Source: an uncultured Candidatus Rokubacteria bacterium (GTDB taxonomy: Bacteria; Methylomirabilota; Methylomirabilia; Rokubacteriales; DASRDR01). From it: a DNA stretch of 64,000 bases. The DNA lies in contig CAWGVS010000005.1 of the NCBI GenBank assembly GCA_963826115.1, positions 512,001-576,000 of the forward strand, read 5' to 3'. The notes under the pieces were generated by a model. The model was given only the letters and a program-made list of their open reading frames with translations, searched no databases and was not told where the DNA came from. A program made the position numbers and the translations under genes. Shown in pieces: positions 1-10,598 of this stretch; the first letter of the stretch is position 1; each line of letters starts with the position of its first letter.

Positions 1-1
1 C

Positions 2-976
2 GTGCGCGAGCGGGCCGGCGTGATCGACCGCTCCGAGCGCGGCAAGATCGAGGTCACCGGGAAGGACCGGGCGACGTTCCTCCACGGCCTGATCTCGAAC
101 GACGTGAAAGGGCTCGCCCCCGGCCAGGGGAACGAGTCGACCCTCCTCGACGTCCACGGGAAGGTGACCGCGCTGCTCACGGTCCACTGTCTCTCCGACC
201 GGCTGATCCTCGAGACGGACTCCCATCTCAGGGAGTCCCTGCTGACGACCATCGACCGCTACCTCTTCTCCGAGCGCGCCGAGCTGGAGGATGTCACGGC
301 AGCCTCCGGAATCCTGACCGTCGCGGGCCCGAGCGCCCGGAAGACGGTGGAGCAGGCGCTCGGGGTGGCGGTGCCCGATCTCGCCCCTTGGCACCACGTC
401 GTGGCGACGGTCGAGGGGACCGACGTGCGGGTCGTCCGGACGGAGGAGACGGGCGAGGAAGGCTACGACCTGTGGGTCGGGACGGCGGCCCTCGGGCGGT
501 TGTGGGAGCGGCTCCGCGAGGCCGGCGCCCGGCCGGTCGGCCGCGAGGCCTGGAACGTCCTGAGGGTCGAGGCCGGCGTCGTTCGCTACGGCGTCGACGT
601 GGACGCCTCGACGCTCCTCCTGGAGGCCTCGCTTCCCCAGAGCTACTCCATGAACAAGGGTTGCTACATGGGGCAGGAGGTCGTCGCGCGGATCACCTAC
701 CGCGGCCACGTGAACCGGAAGATCGTCGGCTTCCGCTTCGCGGACGCGCGGGTGCCCGCGTTGGGCGCGCCGGTCACGGTGGAGGGGAAGGAGGTCGGAC
801 GCATCACGAGCGCCGTCCTGTCCCCGGCCCTCGGCGTGGCGCTCGCGCTCGGGTTCCTGAGACGCGAGCACCACGCGCCCGGCACGCGCGTCGACGTCGG
901 GGCCGGCTCCGCCGATGCGGTGCTCCCCGCCGAGGTCGCGGCGCTGCCCTTCTACCGGCGGGCGCCCGCCGCGTGA
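2..976 (+). CDS. YgfZ/GcvT-like folate-binding aminomethyltransferase family protein (5' end probably truncated by window)
   Basis: YgfZ signature KGCYMGQE; GcvT-like N-terminus ([14 protein letters not shown]) and C-terminal barrel (VGRITS...LALGF). Confidence 0.88.
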   Translation: MRERAGVIDRSERGKIEVTGKDRATFLHGLISNDVKGLAPGQGNESTLLDVHGKVTALLTVHCLSDRLILETDSHLRESLLTTIDRYLFSERAELEDVTAASGILTVAGPSARKTVEQALGVAVPDLAPWHHVVATVEGTDVRVVRTEETGEEGYDLWVGTAALGRLWERLREAGARPVGREAWNVLRVEAGVVRYGVDVDASTLLLEASLPQSYSMNKGCYMGQEVVARITYRGHVNRKIVGFRFADARVPALGAPVTVEGKEVGRITSAVLSPALGVALALGFLRREHHAPGTRVDVGAGSADAVLPAEVAALPFYRRAPAA

Positions 977-3093
977 GCTCGCCCGGCCCCCACGCGCCCG
1001 GAGCGGGCCGCACGCCGAACCGCCTGGGCGGCGAGACGAGCCCCTACCTCCTCCAGCACCAGTACAACCCCGTCGACTGGTATCCGTGGGGCCCCGAGGC
1101 GTTCGAGCGGGCGCGGCGCGAGGACAAGCCCCTCCTCCTGTCGGTGGGTTACTCGGCCTGCCACTGGTGCCACGTGATGGAGCGCGAGTCGTTCGAGGAC
1201 CCCGCGATCGCCGGCCTGATGAACCAGCGGTTCGTGAACATCAAGGTCGACCGCGAGGAGCGTCCGGACGTCGACTCGATCTACATGCAGGCCGTCCAGG
1301 CGATGACGGGCCACGGCGGCTGGCCGATGACCGTGTTCATGACGCCCGAGGGCGTGCCCTTCTACGGGGGCACGTACTTCCCGCCCGGAGACCGCCACGG
1401 GATGCCGGGATTCCCGCGGGTGCTCGACGCGGTCGCCGACTACTACCGCGACCGGCGCGGCGACGCCGACCAGGTCGGGCGGGAGCTCGTCGAGCGGATC
1501 CGCCAGAGCGAGCACGTCCGGGCTGGCGGCGATCTGCTGACGGGGGAGCTGCTCGACGGCGCGTACCGCGGGCTCCGCTCCGAGTTCGACGCCCGCCACG
1601 GCGGGCTTGGGCGCGCGCCGAAGTTCCCGCAGCCGATGGCCTTCGACTTCCTCCTCCGGTACTGGCGCCGGCGCGGCGCCCCGGAGGCGCTCCACATGGT
1701 GCGCGAGACCCTCACGCGCATGGCGCGGGGCGGGATCTACGACCAGCTGGGCGGCGGCTTCCACCGCTACTCCGTCGACCAGGTCTGGCTCGTGCCGCAC
1801 TTCGAGAAGATGCTCTACGACCAGGCCCAGCTGGCGCTCCTCTACCTCCAGGCCTGGCAGGCTAGCGGCGATCCCGAGTACCGGCGCGTGACCGAGGAGA
1901 CGCTCGACTACGTCGTCCGGGAGATGACCCATCCCGAAGGGGGCTTCTACTCGACCCAGGACGCGGACTCGGAAGGGGAGGAGGGAAAGTTCTTCCTCTG
2001 GGACCGGGCAGAGATCGAGTCCCTGCTCGACCCCGAGTCGGCTCGCGTCGTCCTCCACTACTGGGGCGTGGCGGACGGCCCGAACTTCGAGGGCCGGAGC
2101 ATACTCCACGTTCCCCGCGACGCGGGCGAGGTGGCGTCCGCGCTGGGCATCGACGCGGACCGCCTCGTCCACCTTCTGCGCGAGGCGCGCGCCACGCTCT
2201 TCGCTCACCGGGAAAGGCGGGTGAAGCCCGGCCGCGACGAGAAGGTCCTGGCGGGCTGGAACGGCATGATGCTCCGCGCCTTCGCCGAGGCGGCGGCCGC
2301 CCTCGGTCGCCCCGACTACGTCCGCGTGGCCGAGCGGAATGCCGCGTTCCTCCTCGGCGCGCTGGTCGAGAACGGGCGGCTCCGCCGGACCTGGAAGGAC
2401 GGCCGGGCCAAGCTTCTCGGGTACCTCGAGGATCACGCGATGGTGGTCGACGGGCTGATCGCGCTCCACGAGGCCACCCTGGACCACCGGTGGATGGACG
2501 CAGCGCGGCGGCTCGCCGCGGCGATGCTGGACCTCTTCTGGGACCCGGAGGCGCAGGGCTTCTTCGACACCGGTCGGGACCACGAGGCCCTCGTCGTCCG
2601 GCCCCGGAGCCTGTTCGACTCGGCGGTGCCGTGCGGCTCGTCGGTGGCGGCGGACGTCCTGCTCCGCCTCCAGGTCCTCACGGGGAACGAGGAGTTCGGG
2701 CGGCGCGGGACGGACACGATCCGGGCGGTCGCCCCCCTCGTGGCCCGCTATCCGTCCGGCTTCGGCCGGTTCCTGGCGGCGCTCGACTTCCACCTCGGGT
2801 CGCCCGTGGAGGTCGCGATCGTATGGCCGCCGGAGGGCTCGCCGGCAGACCGAACGCCCCTCCTCGACGAGGTGTTCCGCCGCTACCTCCCGAACCGGGT
2901 CGTGACCGGGGGGCCGGAGGGGGTGGGCGTCGACCTGCCGCTCCTGGCCCACAAGCGGGCGCGGGGCCGGCCCACGGTCTACGTGTGCGAGGGGTACGCC
3001 TGCCAGGCGCCGACGACGGACCCGGCCGAGCTGGCCCGGGAGCTCGAGCGCCGTGGCGCCCGGGCCGCGTCGGCACCGCCAGTTGATGCCTGA
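973..3093 (+). CDS. Thioredoxin domain-containing protein, YyaL/SSP411 family
   Basis: [46 protein letters not shown]; GTG at 973 overlaps upstream TGA (GTGA). Confidence 0.93.
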   Translation: MSSPGPHAPGAGRTPNRLGGETSPYLLQHQYNPVDWYPWGPEAFERARREDKPLLLSVGYSACHWCHVMERESFEDPAIAGLMNQRFVNIKVDREERPDVDSIYMQAVQAMTGHGGWPMTVFMTPEGVPFYGGTYFPPGDRHGMPGFPRVLDAVADYYRDRRGDADQVGRELVERIRQSEHVRAGGDLLTGELLDGAYRGLRSEFDARHGGLGRAPKFPQPMAFDFLLRYWRRRGAPEALHMVRETLTRMARGGIYDQLGGGFHRYSVDQVWLVPHFEKMLYDQAQLALLYLQAWQASGDPEYRRVTEETLDYVVREMTHPEGGFYSTQDADSEGEEGKFFLWDRAEIESLLDPESARVVLHYWGVADGPNFEGRSILHVPRDAGEVASALGIDADRLVHLLREARATLFAHRERRVKPGRDEKVLAGWNGMMLRAFAEAAAALGRPDYVRVAERNAAFLLGALVENGRLRRTWKDGRAKLLGYLEDHAMVVDGLIALHEATLDHRWMDAARRLAAAMLDLFWDPEAQGFFDTGRDHEALVVRPRSLFDSAVPCGSSVAADVLLRLQVLTGNEEFGRRGTDTIRAVAPLVARYPSGFGRFLAALDFHLGSPVEVAIVWPPEGSPADRTPLLDEVFRRYLPNRVVTGGPEGVGVDLPLLAHKRARGRPTVYVCEGYACQAPTTDPAELARELERRGARAASAPPVDA

Positions 3094-3111
3094 CCGCCGA
3101 AAGGCTATAGT
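3083..3111 (+). promoter_or_regulatory. sigma-70 promoter of the peptide ABC operon
   Basis: TTGATG-17 bp-TATAGT; same arrangement recurs upstream of the paralog at 6793. Confidence 0.7.
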
Positions 3112-3154
3112 CTGGGCACCTTTCCGAACCATTCTTTCACAGAGGAGACCGCCT

Positions 3155-4759
3155 ATGCGCTTCGCTCGAGCCGTACTTCTGGCAACCATCGTGCTGCTGG
3201 TGGGGATGGCGGGTCCGGCCGTCGCCCAGACCTTCATCTTCGGCGGCCAGGGTGAGCCGGTCCAGTTCGACCCCGCGGTCATCACCGACGGGATCTCCTC
3301 CAGGATCACGCGGCAGATCTACGACACCCTGTACGAGTTCAAGCCGGGCACCACGCTGGTCCAGCCCGCACTCGCCGAGAAGGCCGAGGCCTCGGCCGAC
3401 GGCAAGACGTGGACGCTCCAGCTCCGGAAGAACGTGAAGTTCCACGACGGCGAGCCGTTCGACGCGAAGGCCGTGGTCTGGAACTTCGATCGCTGGATGA
3501 ACACCAAGAACCCGCAGCACGAGAACCAGCTGAAGGCGGGGCAGACCTTCGAGTACTTCGAGGGCCAGTTCGACGGGTTCGACGACAAGTCGGTCATCGA
3601 GAAGGTCGAGGCCACGGGCAGCCACACCGTGAAGTTCACACTCCGGCAGCCCCAGGCGCCGTTCCTCCAGAACATCGCGATGTTCCCGTTCGGCATCGCC
3701 AGCCCGAAGGCCGTCGAGAAGTGGGGTACGGACTACGGCAAGCACCCGGTGGGCACGGGCGCCTTCAGGTTCGTCGAGTGGAAGCCGAATCAGGAGGTCG
3801 TCCTCGAGGCGAACCCCGACTACTGGGGGAAGAAGGCCAGCATCAAGCGGGCCATCGTGCGCAACATCAAGGACAACTCCCAGCGCGTCGCCGCCCTCAA
3901 GGCCGGCGAGGTGCACGGGATCGAGGGCATCAACCCCGACGACCTGAAGGTCCTGAAGGCCGACGGGAACCTCCAGGTGCAGCTCCGCCCGACGAACACG
4001 ACGGGCTACGTCGCGTTCAACTTCAAGGTCAAGGAGTTCCAGGACAAGCGGGTCCGCCAGGCGATCGCCCACGCCATCAACAAGAAGGCGATCGTCGACG
4101 CGCTGTACGGCGGCACCGGCCTCGTGGCCACGCAGTTCCAGCCGCCACCGCTCTGGGGCTTCAACAAGGACCTGAAGGGCGACGAGTACAGCCCGGCCAA
4201 GGCCCAGGACCTCCTGAAGCAGGCGGGCTTCCCGAACGGCTTCAGCGAGATCACCTGGGAGGACGGCAAGAAGGAGCCGCTCGTCTTCTGGTACATGTCC
4301 CGCTCGCGCCCGTACTTCCCGAACCCGAAGGAGATTGGCGAGGCCATCGCGGCCGACCTCGCGAAGGTCGGGATCAAGGGCCAGATCCAGACCGTGGAGT
4401 GGGCGAACTACCTCGACAAGCGGAAGAACGGGGAGCTCCCGCTGTACATGCTCGGGTGGACCGGCGACAACGGCGATCCCGACAACTTCCTGTGCTACTT
4501 CTTCTGCCCGGACAAGGCGTCGCGCGAGGGGTTCCACTCGAACCCGCCGCTCTCCGACCTGCTCAGGCGCGCGGCCACGCTCACCAGCCAGACGGAGCGC
4601 GCCAAGCTCTACCGCCAGGCCGAGCAGATGATCCATGACAACGTGTCGCGCGTCTTCATCGCGAACAACGAGCCGCCGCTCGCCTTCTCGAAGAAGGTGA
4701 AGGGGTACGTCACCAGTCCGTTAGGCGACGAGCAGTTCAACCTGGTCTCGATGCAGTAG
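3155..4759 (+). CDS. Peptide/nickel ABC transporter substrate-binding protein (SBP family 5, DppA-like)
   Basis: GAGGAG RBS, signal peptide ending AVA-Q, LRKNVKFHDG, PVGTGAF, RVRQAIAHAINK, GWTGDNGDPDNF. Confidence 0.93.
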   Translation: MRFARAVLLATIVLLVGMAGPAVAQTFIFGGQGEPVQFDPAVITDGISSRITRQIYDTLYEFKPGTTLVQPALAEKAEASADGKTWTLQLRKNVKFHDGEPFDAKAVVWNFDRWMNTKNPQHENQLKAGQTFEYFEGQFDGFDDKSVIEKVEATGSHTVKFTLRQPQAPFLQNIAMFPFGIASPKAVEKWGTDYGKHPVGTGAFRFVEWKPNQEVVLEANPDYWGKKASIKRAIVRNIKDNSQRVAALKAGEVHGIEGINPDDLKVLKADGNLQVQLRPTNTTGYVAFNFKVKEFQDKRVRQAIAHAINKKAIVDALYGGTGLVATQFQPPPLWGFNKDLKGDEYSPAKAQDLLKQAGFPNGFSEITWEDGKKEPLVFWYMSRSRPYFPNPKEIGEAIAADLAKVGIKGQIQTVEWANYLDKRKNGELPLYMLGWTGDNGDPDNFLCYFFCPDKASREGFHSNPPLSDLLRRAATLTSQTERAKLYRQAEQMIHDNVSRVFIANNEPPLAFSKKVKGYVTSPLGDEQFNLVSMQ

Positions 4760-4792
4760 TTCGCGGAAACCCGGTCGGAGGACGGGGAGCCG

Positions 4793-5797
4793 GTGCGGAG
4801 TTACGCCGTTCGGCGGAGTCTCACCGTGATCCCCGTCCTCCTCGGGGTCTCGATCCTCGTTTTCAGCTTCGTTCATCTGATCCCTGGTGACCCCGCGGTC
4901 ACCATGCTCGGCGAGCGGGCGACCCCCGAGAAGGTCGCGGAAGTCCGCAAGCGACTCGGTCTGGACCGCCCGATCCCGGAGCAGTACCTCCTCTACATCA
5001 GCAAGGCGATTCGCGGGGATCTGGGCGTCTCGATCGTCCGGGGCGACCCGGTGTTCACCGACATCCTCCGCCGGTTCCCGGCGACCGTGGAGCTGGCGGT
5101 TACTGCCATCGTCCTCGCGGTTCTGTTCGGGATCCCGGTCGGCATCATCTCCGCCGTCTGGCGGAAGTCCTTCATCGACAGCCTCTCGCGCGTGCTCGCG
5201 CTGACCGGGGTCTCGATGCCGATCTTCTGGCTGGGCGTGATGCTGGCCTGGGTGTTCGCCGTCGAGCTCCACTGGCTGCCCACGGGAGCGCGGCTCGACA
5301 GCGTGGCCGACTACGAGCCCTGGACGCACTTCGTCTTGCTCGACGCGGTCCTGCAGCACAACTGGGCGATGATTCCCGACGCGCTCAGGCACCTGGTGCT
5401 GCCCGCGGTGGCCCTCGCCACGATTCCGCTCGCCGTGGTTGCCCGGATGATGCGGGCGAGCATGCTCGAGATCCTCTCGCGTGACTACATCCGCACGGCC
5501 GACGCCAAGGGGCTCTCGCGGGCAGCCGTGGTCCTGCGCCACGGGCTACGGAACGCGCTGTTGCCGGTACTGACGGTGGTGGGCCTCCAGGTCGGCTCCT
5601 TGCTGGCGGGGGCGATTCTCACGGAAACGATCTTCTCCTGGCCGGGGATCGGCCGCTGGGTGTACGAGTCGATCGAATCGCGCGACTATCCGATCGTCCA
5701 GGGGGCCAGCCTCTTCATCGGGGTCATCGTCGTCGTGGTGAATCTCTTCACGGACCTCCTCTACGCCGCGGTCGATCCGCGGATCAAGTACGACTGA
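4793..5797 (+). CDS. dppB: Peptide ABC transporter permease (DppB-like)
   Basis: LIPGDP, GDLGVS, DYIRTADAKGL EAA loop, DPRIKY C-terminus. Confidence 0.92.
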   Translation: MRSYAVRRSLTVIPVLLGVSILVFSFVHLIPGDPAVTMLGERATPEKVAEVRKRLGLDRPIPEQYLLYISKAIRGDLGVSIVRGDPVFTDILRRFPATVELAVTAIVLAVLFGIPVGIISAVWRKSFIDSLSRVLALTGVSMPIFWLGVMLAWVFAVELHWLPTGARLDSVADYEPWTHFVLLDAVLQHNWAMIPDALRHLVLPAVALATIPLAVVARMMRASMLEILSRDYIRTADAKGLSRAAVVLRHGLRNALLPVLTVVGLQVGSLLAGAILTETIFSWPGIGRWVYESIESRDYPIVQGASLFIGVIVVVVNLFTDLLYAAVDPRIKYD

Positions 5798-6705
5798 TGG
5801 GCGCGACGACGCAGGCGGCGACTCTCGAGGCCGTCGCGGTCCCCGCGGCGCGCAGCCAGAGCCCGGCGGCAGCGGCATGGCGTCGGCTCCTGTCGAGCCC
5901 CGTTGCGCGCGCGGGCCTGGCGATCGTCTGCCTGTTCGTCCTGGTCGGCGCCCTCGCCCCGCTGGTCCACCACTATGATCCCAAGACGGATTCGAGCTTG
6001 GGTGAGCGGCTCCGGCCGCCCGGCGGCGAGCACCCCTTGGGTACGGACTCACTCGGGCGCGACATCCTGGTGAGGGTGATTCATGCGGCGCGGGTGTCGC
6101 TTGGTCTCGGGATCAGCTCGGTGATCGTGGCGGCCGCGATCGGGTCGTTGCTCGGCCTCGTGGCCGGCTATGCCGGTCGGACGCCGGACCTCGTCGTCAT
6201 GTTCTGCATGGACATCCTGCTGGCCTTCCCGGGGACGCTCCTGGCCATCGCGATCGTGGCGATGATCGGGCCCGGTCTCCGGAACTCGCTCCTCGCCATC
6301 AGCATCGTGGCCATCCCGATCTACGCCCGGATCGCCCGTGGGGCGGTGCTCGAGCTTCGCGAGCTGGAGTTCGTGACGGCGGCGAGGGCGCTCGGTGGCA
6401 GCGGCGCGCACGTGGTCATGCGCCACATCTTCCCGAACACGCTGCCGCCGCTCATCGTCCAGACGACCCTGGCGATCGCGTTCGCCATACTGGAGGCGGC
6501 CGCGCTGGGGTTCCTCGGCCTGGGCGCCCAGCCGCCGACGCCCGAATGGGGCGCGATGCTGGCCGACTCGTACAAGTACTTCACGAGCGGCGCCTGGTGG
6601 GTGTTTTTCTTCCCGGGTGCCGCCATCATGATGTCGGTTCTCGGGTTCAACCTGCTCGGCGACGGTCTGCGCGATGCACTCGACCCGAGGCTCCGCTCGG
6701 ACTAG
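5797..6705 (+). CDS. dppC: Peptide ABC transporter permease (DppC-like)
   Basis: HPLGTDSLGRD, EFVTAARALG, PPTPEWG, GDGLRDALDPR; 1-bp overlap with dppB. Confidence 0.92.
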   Translation: MGATTQAATLEAVAVPAARSQSPAAAAWRRLLSSPVARAGLAIVCLFVLVGALAPLVHHYDPKTDSSLGERLRPPGGEHPLGTDSLGRDILVRVIHAARVSLGLGISSVIVAAAIGSLLGLVAGYAGRTPDLVVMFCMDILLAFPGTLLAIAIVAMIGPGLRNSLLAISIVAIPIYARIARGAVLELRELEFVTAARALGGSGAHVVMRHIFPNTLPPLIVQTTLAIAFAILEAAALGFLGLGAQPPTPEWGAMLADSYKYFTSGAWWVFFFPGAAIMMSVLGFNLLGDGLRDALDPRLRSD

Positions 6706-6792
6706 CTTCGCTCGACTCCGGGCGCGCCTTTAGCAGCCCGAGGTGGACGTCCGGCATGGGACGAGGAACCGGCAGGTCCTGGGGTCCATCCG

Positions 6793-6821
6793 TTGAAGCC
6801 AGTTGACCGGAGGGCTATAGT
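6793..6821 (+). promoter_or_regulatory. sigma-70 promoter of the second SBP gene
   Basis: TTGAAG-17 bp-TATAGT, spacer resembles 3083-3111. Confidence 0.7.
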
Positions 6822-6861
6822 CTTCCCACCGATTCCAACCATCGAACGAGGAGGAACCCCC

Positions 6862-8466
6862 ATGCGTTTCACGCGCGCACTGCTCCTGCTGACCACGCTC
6901 CTTGTCTTGGGGGTGGCGGGCCCGGCCCGAGCCCAGACGTTCGTGTTCGGGGCCGAGGGCGAGCCCGTCAGCTTCGACCCGGCCGTGATCACCGACGGCG
7001 TTTCGCAGCGTGTCACGACGCAGGTCTACGACAACCTGGTCCGGTACAAGGGCGCGACGACGGACGTCGAGCCCGCGCTGGCGGAGAAGTGGGATGTCTC
7101 GGCGGACGGCAAGGTCTGGACGCTCTACATCCGCAAGAACGTGAAGTTTCACGACGGCGAGCCGCTCGACGCCAAGGCTGTCGTCTGGAACTTCGAGCGC
7201 TGGTGGAAGGCGGGCCATCCGCAGCACGAGAACCAGCTGAAGGCCGGACAGACCTTCGAGTACTGGGAGGGCCAGTTCGACGGCTTCGACGACAAGTCGA
7301 TCGTCTCCAAGGTGGAGGCGGTGGACTCTCACACGGTCCGGGTGACGCTGAAGCAGCCCCAGGCGCCCTTCCTGTCGAACCTGGCGATCTTCAGCTTCGG
7401 CATCGCCAGCCCGAAGGCCGTGGAGAAGTGGGGCACGGAGTACGGCAAGCACCCGATCGGGACGGGGGCCTTCAAGTTCGTCGAGTGGAAGGCGAACCAG
7501 GAGGTCGTGGTGGAGGCGAATCCCGATTACTGGGGCGTGAAGCCGAAGGTGAAGCGGGTGGTCGTCCGCAACATCAAGGACAACTCGCAGCGGCTGGCCG
7601 CGCTGAAGGCAGGCGAGATCCACGGGATGTTCGGCCTCAACCCGGATGACATCAAGGTCGTCAAGAGCGACTCGAACCTCTATACGCTCCCGCGGCCGGC
7701 GAACAACACGGGATACGTGGCGATCAACTATCACGTGAAGGAATTCATGGACAAGCGCGTCCGTCAGGCGATCGCCCACGCGATCAACAAGAAGGCGATC
7801 ATCGACGGCCTCTACGGCGGGACGGGACTGGTGGCGAAGGAGTTCCAGCCGCCGGCGCTGTGGGGCTACAACAAGGAGCTGAAGGACTTCGAATACAGTC
7901 AGGAGAAGGCCCGGGACTTGCTGAAGCAGGCCGGGTTCCCGAACGGCTTCTCCGAGATCACCTGGCAGGACGGCAAGAAGGAGCCGTTGGTGTTCTGGTA
8001 CATGCCGGTGTCCCGGCCCTACTTCCCGACCCCGAAGGAGATCGGTGAGGCGATCGGAGCCGACCTCGCCAAGGTCGGCATCAAGGCCCAGCTCCAGACG
8101 GTCGATTGGGCCGTCTATCTCGACAAGCGGAAGAACGGCCAGCTGCCGATCTACATGATCGGATGGACCGGTGACAACGGGGATCCGGACAACTTCATCT
8201 GCTACTTCTTCTGCAACCCTGGCGCGGCCCGGGAGGGCTTCTACTCCAATCCCGCCCTGGCCGACGTTCTGAAGCGGGCCGCCGTGCTCACGAGCAAGGA
8301 CGAGCGCGCGGCGCTCTATCGCCAGGCCGAGCAGATGATCCACGACGATGTGGCCCGGCTCTTCATTGCGAATGCGGAACCGCAGCTCGCATTCTCCAAG
8401 AAGGTGAAGGGCTACGTGACGAACCCGACGGGGTCCGAGCCCTTCAACACCATCTCGATGCAGTAG
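6862..8466 (+). CDS. Second peptide ABC substrate-binding protein, paralog of 3155-4759
   Basis: GAGGAGG RBS, signal peptide, long identical stretches with the first SBP (PQHENQLKAGQTFEY, GIASPKAVEKWGT, GWTGDNGDPDNF). Confidence 0.93.
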   Translation: MRFTRALLLLTTLLVLGVAGPARAQTFVFGAEGEPVSFDPAVITDGVSQRVTTQVYDNLVRYKGATTDVEPALAEKWDVSADGKVWTLYIRKNVKFHDGEPLDAKAVVWNFERWWKAGHPQHENQLKAGQTFEYWEGQFDGFDDKSIVSKVEAVDSHTVRVTLKQPQAPFLSNLAIFSFGIASPKAVEKWGTEYGKHPIGTGAFKFVEWKANQEVVVEANPDYWGVKPKVKRVVVRNIKDNSQRLAALKAGEIHGMFGLNPDDIKVVKSDSNLYTLPRPANNTGYVAINYHVKEFMDKRVRQAIAHAINKKAIIDGLYGGTGLVAKEFQPPALWGYNKELKDFEYSQEKARDLLKQAGFPNGFSEITWQDGKKEPLVFWYMPVSRPYFPTPKEIGEAIGADLAKVGIKAQLQTVDWAVYLDKRKNGQLPIYMIGWTGDNGDPDNFICYFFCNPGAAREGFYSNPALADVLKRAAVLTSKDERAALYRQAEQMIHDDVARLFIANAEPQLAFSKKVKGYVTNPTGSEPFNTISMQ

Positions 8467-8480
8467 CTCGAGCGCGCGGC

Positions 8481-8527
8481 AAGGGGCGGTGAGGGATCGC
8501 GCGTTCCGGCGTGCCCTCACCGTCCTT
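8481..8527 (+). terminator. Stem-loop after second SBP (possible terminator)
   Basis: AAGGGGCGGTGAGGG ... CCCTCACCGTCCTT inverted repeat; no clear U-tract. Confidence 0.45.
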
Positions 8528-8672
8528 CCCGACCTCGACGGTCCATTCCCTCAGTCAGCAAGCCGGAGCGATGCGAGCCGGCCGCTGGTCCGCACCCCGC
8601 CCCGCCGGTATAGTGAGGCTCGTCGACCGCGCCGCCGCCGGCGCGGTTCGCGCTTCGAAGGAGGACGAGAGG

Positions 8673-9434
8673 ATGTGGGACGAGTCATTGGTGCTCGGGA
8701 CGCGGTCGTTCCGCTCCCGGCTCGTCGTCGGGGCCGAGCGTTATCCCTCGGCGGAGATCATGCGGCGGAGCCACGAGGCGGCGGGCTCGGAGCTCGTGGC
8801 GGTGGCCGTCCGCGACCTGGACCTGGCGAGCGCCGGCGGCTCCCTCCTGACGTCGGTCGACCAGGGACGCTACACGCTGATCGCGACGACGACCGGCTGC
8901 CGGACGTCGGACGAGGCGATCCGGACGGCGTACCTCGCCCGAGAAGCCGGGCTCGGCGACTTCGTGAAGGTGGACGTGCTGGGGGACGCCCGGACCGAGA
9001 TGCCGGATCTCCAGGCGGTCCTGGAGGCGACGAAGACCCTGGCCCGGGACGGCTTCGTCACGCTGCCCGTCGCGGGCGACGACCCGGTCGCGGCCGGGCG
9101 GCTCCAGGAGGCCGGCGCGGCGGGCATACTCCTCCAGCCGGCCCCGACGGGATCGGGTCTCGGGATCAAGAACCCGTACGCCATCCGCCTGGTCCTCGAC
9201 ACGGCCACCGTGCCGGTCATCGTGTCCGGCGGGATCGGGACCGCCTCGGACGCGGCGCTGGCGATGGAGCTCGGGTGCCACGGGGTGCTGGTCGGCAGCG
9301 CGATCGCGGAGGCTCGCGATCCGGAAGTGATGGCCGAAGCCATGCGCCACGCGGTGGAGGGTGGCCGCGCGGCGTACAAGGCCGGGCGCATCGCCCGCCG
9401 CCTCCACCGGAACGCGTTCGGATCGCCCGAGTGA
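8673..9434 (+). CDS. thiG: Thiazole synthase ThiG homolog with divergent active site
   Basis: SRLVVG, GSGLGIKNP, GIGTASDAALAMELG, AVEGGR.AYKAGRI; AGGAGG RBS; several catalytic motifs altered (see findings). Confidence 0.85.
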   Translation: MWDESLVLGTRSFRSRLVVGAERYPSAEIMRRSHEAAGSELVAVAVRDLDLASAGGSLLTSVDQGRYTLIATTTGCRTSDEAIRTAYLAREAGLGDFVKVDVLGDARTEMPDLQAVLEATKTLARDGFVTLPVAGDDPVAAGRLQEAGAAGILLQPAPTGSGLGIKNPYAIRLVLDTATVPVIVSGGIGTASDAALAMELGCHGVLVGSAIAEARDPEVMAEAMRHAVEGGRAAYKAGRIARRLHRNAFGSPE

Positions 9435-9450
9435 CCTGCCGCTCGTCCTC

Positions 9451-10572
9451 GTGACGCGGCCCGACGCGGTCGTCGTCGGGGCCGGCGTGATCGGGGCGGC
9501 CTGCGCGTACGAGCTGGCGTGCGCGGGTCTCCGAGTCACGGTGATCGAGCGGACCGAGCCCGCGAGCGAGGCCTCCGGCGCGTCCGCCGGTATCCTCTCG
9601 GTGCCCGACCCCTCGCGGCGCGATCCGCTTGCCGCGCTGGCCCGCCTGAGCCGCGACCTCTACGAGCCGCTCGCGGCGGCGCTCCGGCAGGAGTCGGGCG
9701 TCGACGTGGACCTGGGGCGGGCCGGGCACCTCAGGCTCTGCATGACGCCCACCGAGGTGCGCGAGGCCCGCCGCGCGGCGGGCGATCCCGTCGAGCGCGA
9801 GAAGGGCACCGCGTTCGTCGGCGCGGACGATCTGGTCCGGCTCGAGCCCGCCGTCAGCCGGGCCGCGCTCGGCGCGCTCCACGTGCCCCGCGGCTCCTGG
9901 GTCGACAACGTGAAGCTCGTTCGCGCGCTCGTCCTCGCCGGCGAGCGCCGCGGCGTGCGCTACCTCCTGGGCCACCCCGTCGACGCTCTGATCCGCGCCG
10001 GGGTCCGGGTGACGGGCGTGCGGGCGGGTAGCCACGGGATCGTCGAGGCGGGCGCGGTCGTCCTGACGGCGGGCGCGTGGAGCGGCGCCATCGACGGCGT
10101 CCCGGCGGCCTTGCGGGTGCGGCCGGTGAAGGGGCAGATCCTGGCGCTCGACAACACGGCCGGCCTCGTGCGCCACGTGATCTTCCGCGACGACGTGTAC
10201 GTGGTCCCGCGGCTGTCCGGGGAGTGCCTCTTCGGCGCCACGGTGGAGGACGGCGTCGCCGACCGCGACGTGACGCTCGACGGCCTGGGCTGGCTCTTCG
10301 GCGAGGCGTTCAAGACGGCACCCGGGCTGGGGCGGCTCCGGTTCCTGCGCGCATGGGCGGGGCTTCGCCCGGCGACCGAGGACGGGCTGCCCGTCGTCGG
10401 CCCCTGGCCCGGGATGCCGGGGCTCCTCGTGGCCACGGGCCACTACCGGGGTGGCGTCCAGCTCGCGCCGATCACGGCGCGCATGATCCGCGACCACGTC
10501 CTCGATGGCGGGTCGTCGGTGCCGGGCGCGGCCTTCCTGCCGGAGCGCCTCGTGGGGGCGGCGAGGGGATGA
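9451..10572 (+). CDS. thiO: Glycine oxidase ThiO / D-amino-acid oxidase family FAD protein
   Basis: GAGVIG dinucleotide fold, PVKGQ, YVVPR, GATVE, WAGLRP, TGHYR; adjacent to thiG. Confidence 0.85.
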   Translation: MTRPDAVVVGAGVIGAACAYELACAGLRVTVIERTEPASEASGASAGILSVPDPSRRDPLAALARLSRDLYEPLAAALRQESGVDVDLGRAGHLRLCMTPTEVREARRAAGDPVEREKGTAFVGADDLVRLEPAVSRAALGALHVPRGSWVDNVKLVRALVLAGERRGVRYLLGHPVDALIRAGVRVTGVRAGSHGIVEAGAVVLTAGAWSGAIDGVPAALRVRPVKGQILALDNTAGLVRHVIFRDDVYVVPRLSGECLFGATVEDGVADRDVTLDGLGWLFGEAFKTAPGLGRLRFLRAWAGLRPATEDGLPVVGPWPGMPGLLVATGHYRGGVQLAPITARMIRDHVLDGGSSVPGAAFLPERLVGAARG

Positions 10573-10598
10573 CGACCGCGCGTCCCGCCGCGAAGCCG

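Noticed and set aside
8467-8672. TPP riboswitch upstream of thiG
   Set aside because: No CTGAGA or ACCTGA core motifs; only a hairpin and a -10 box
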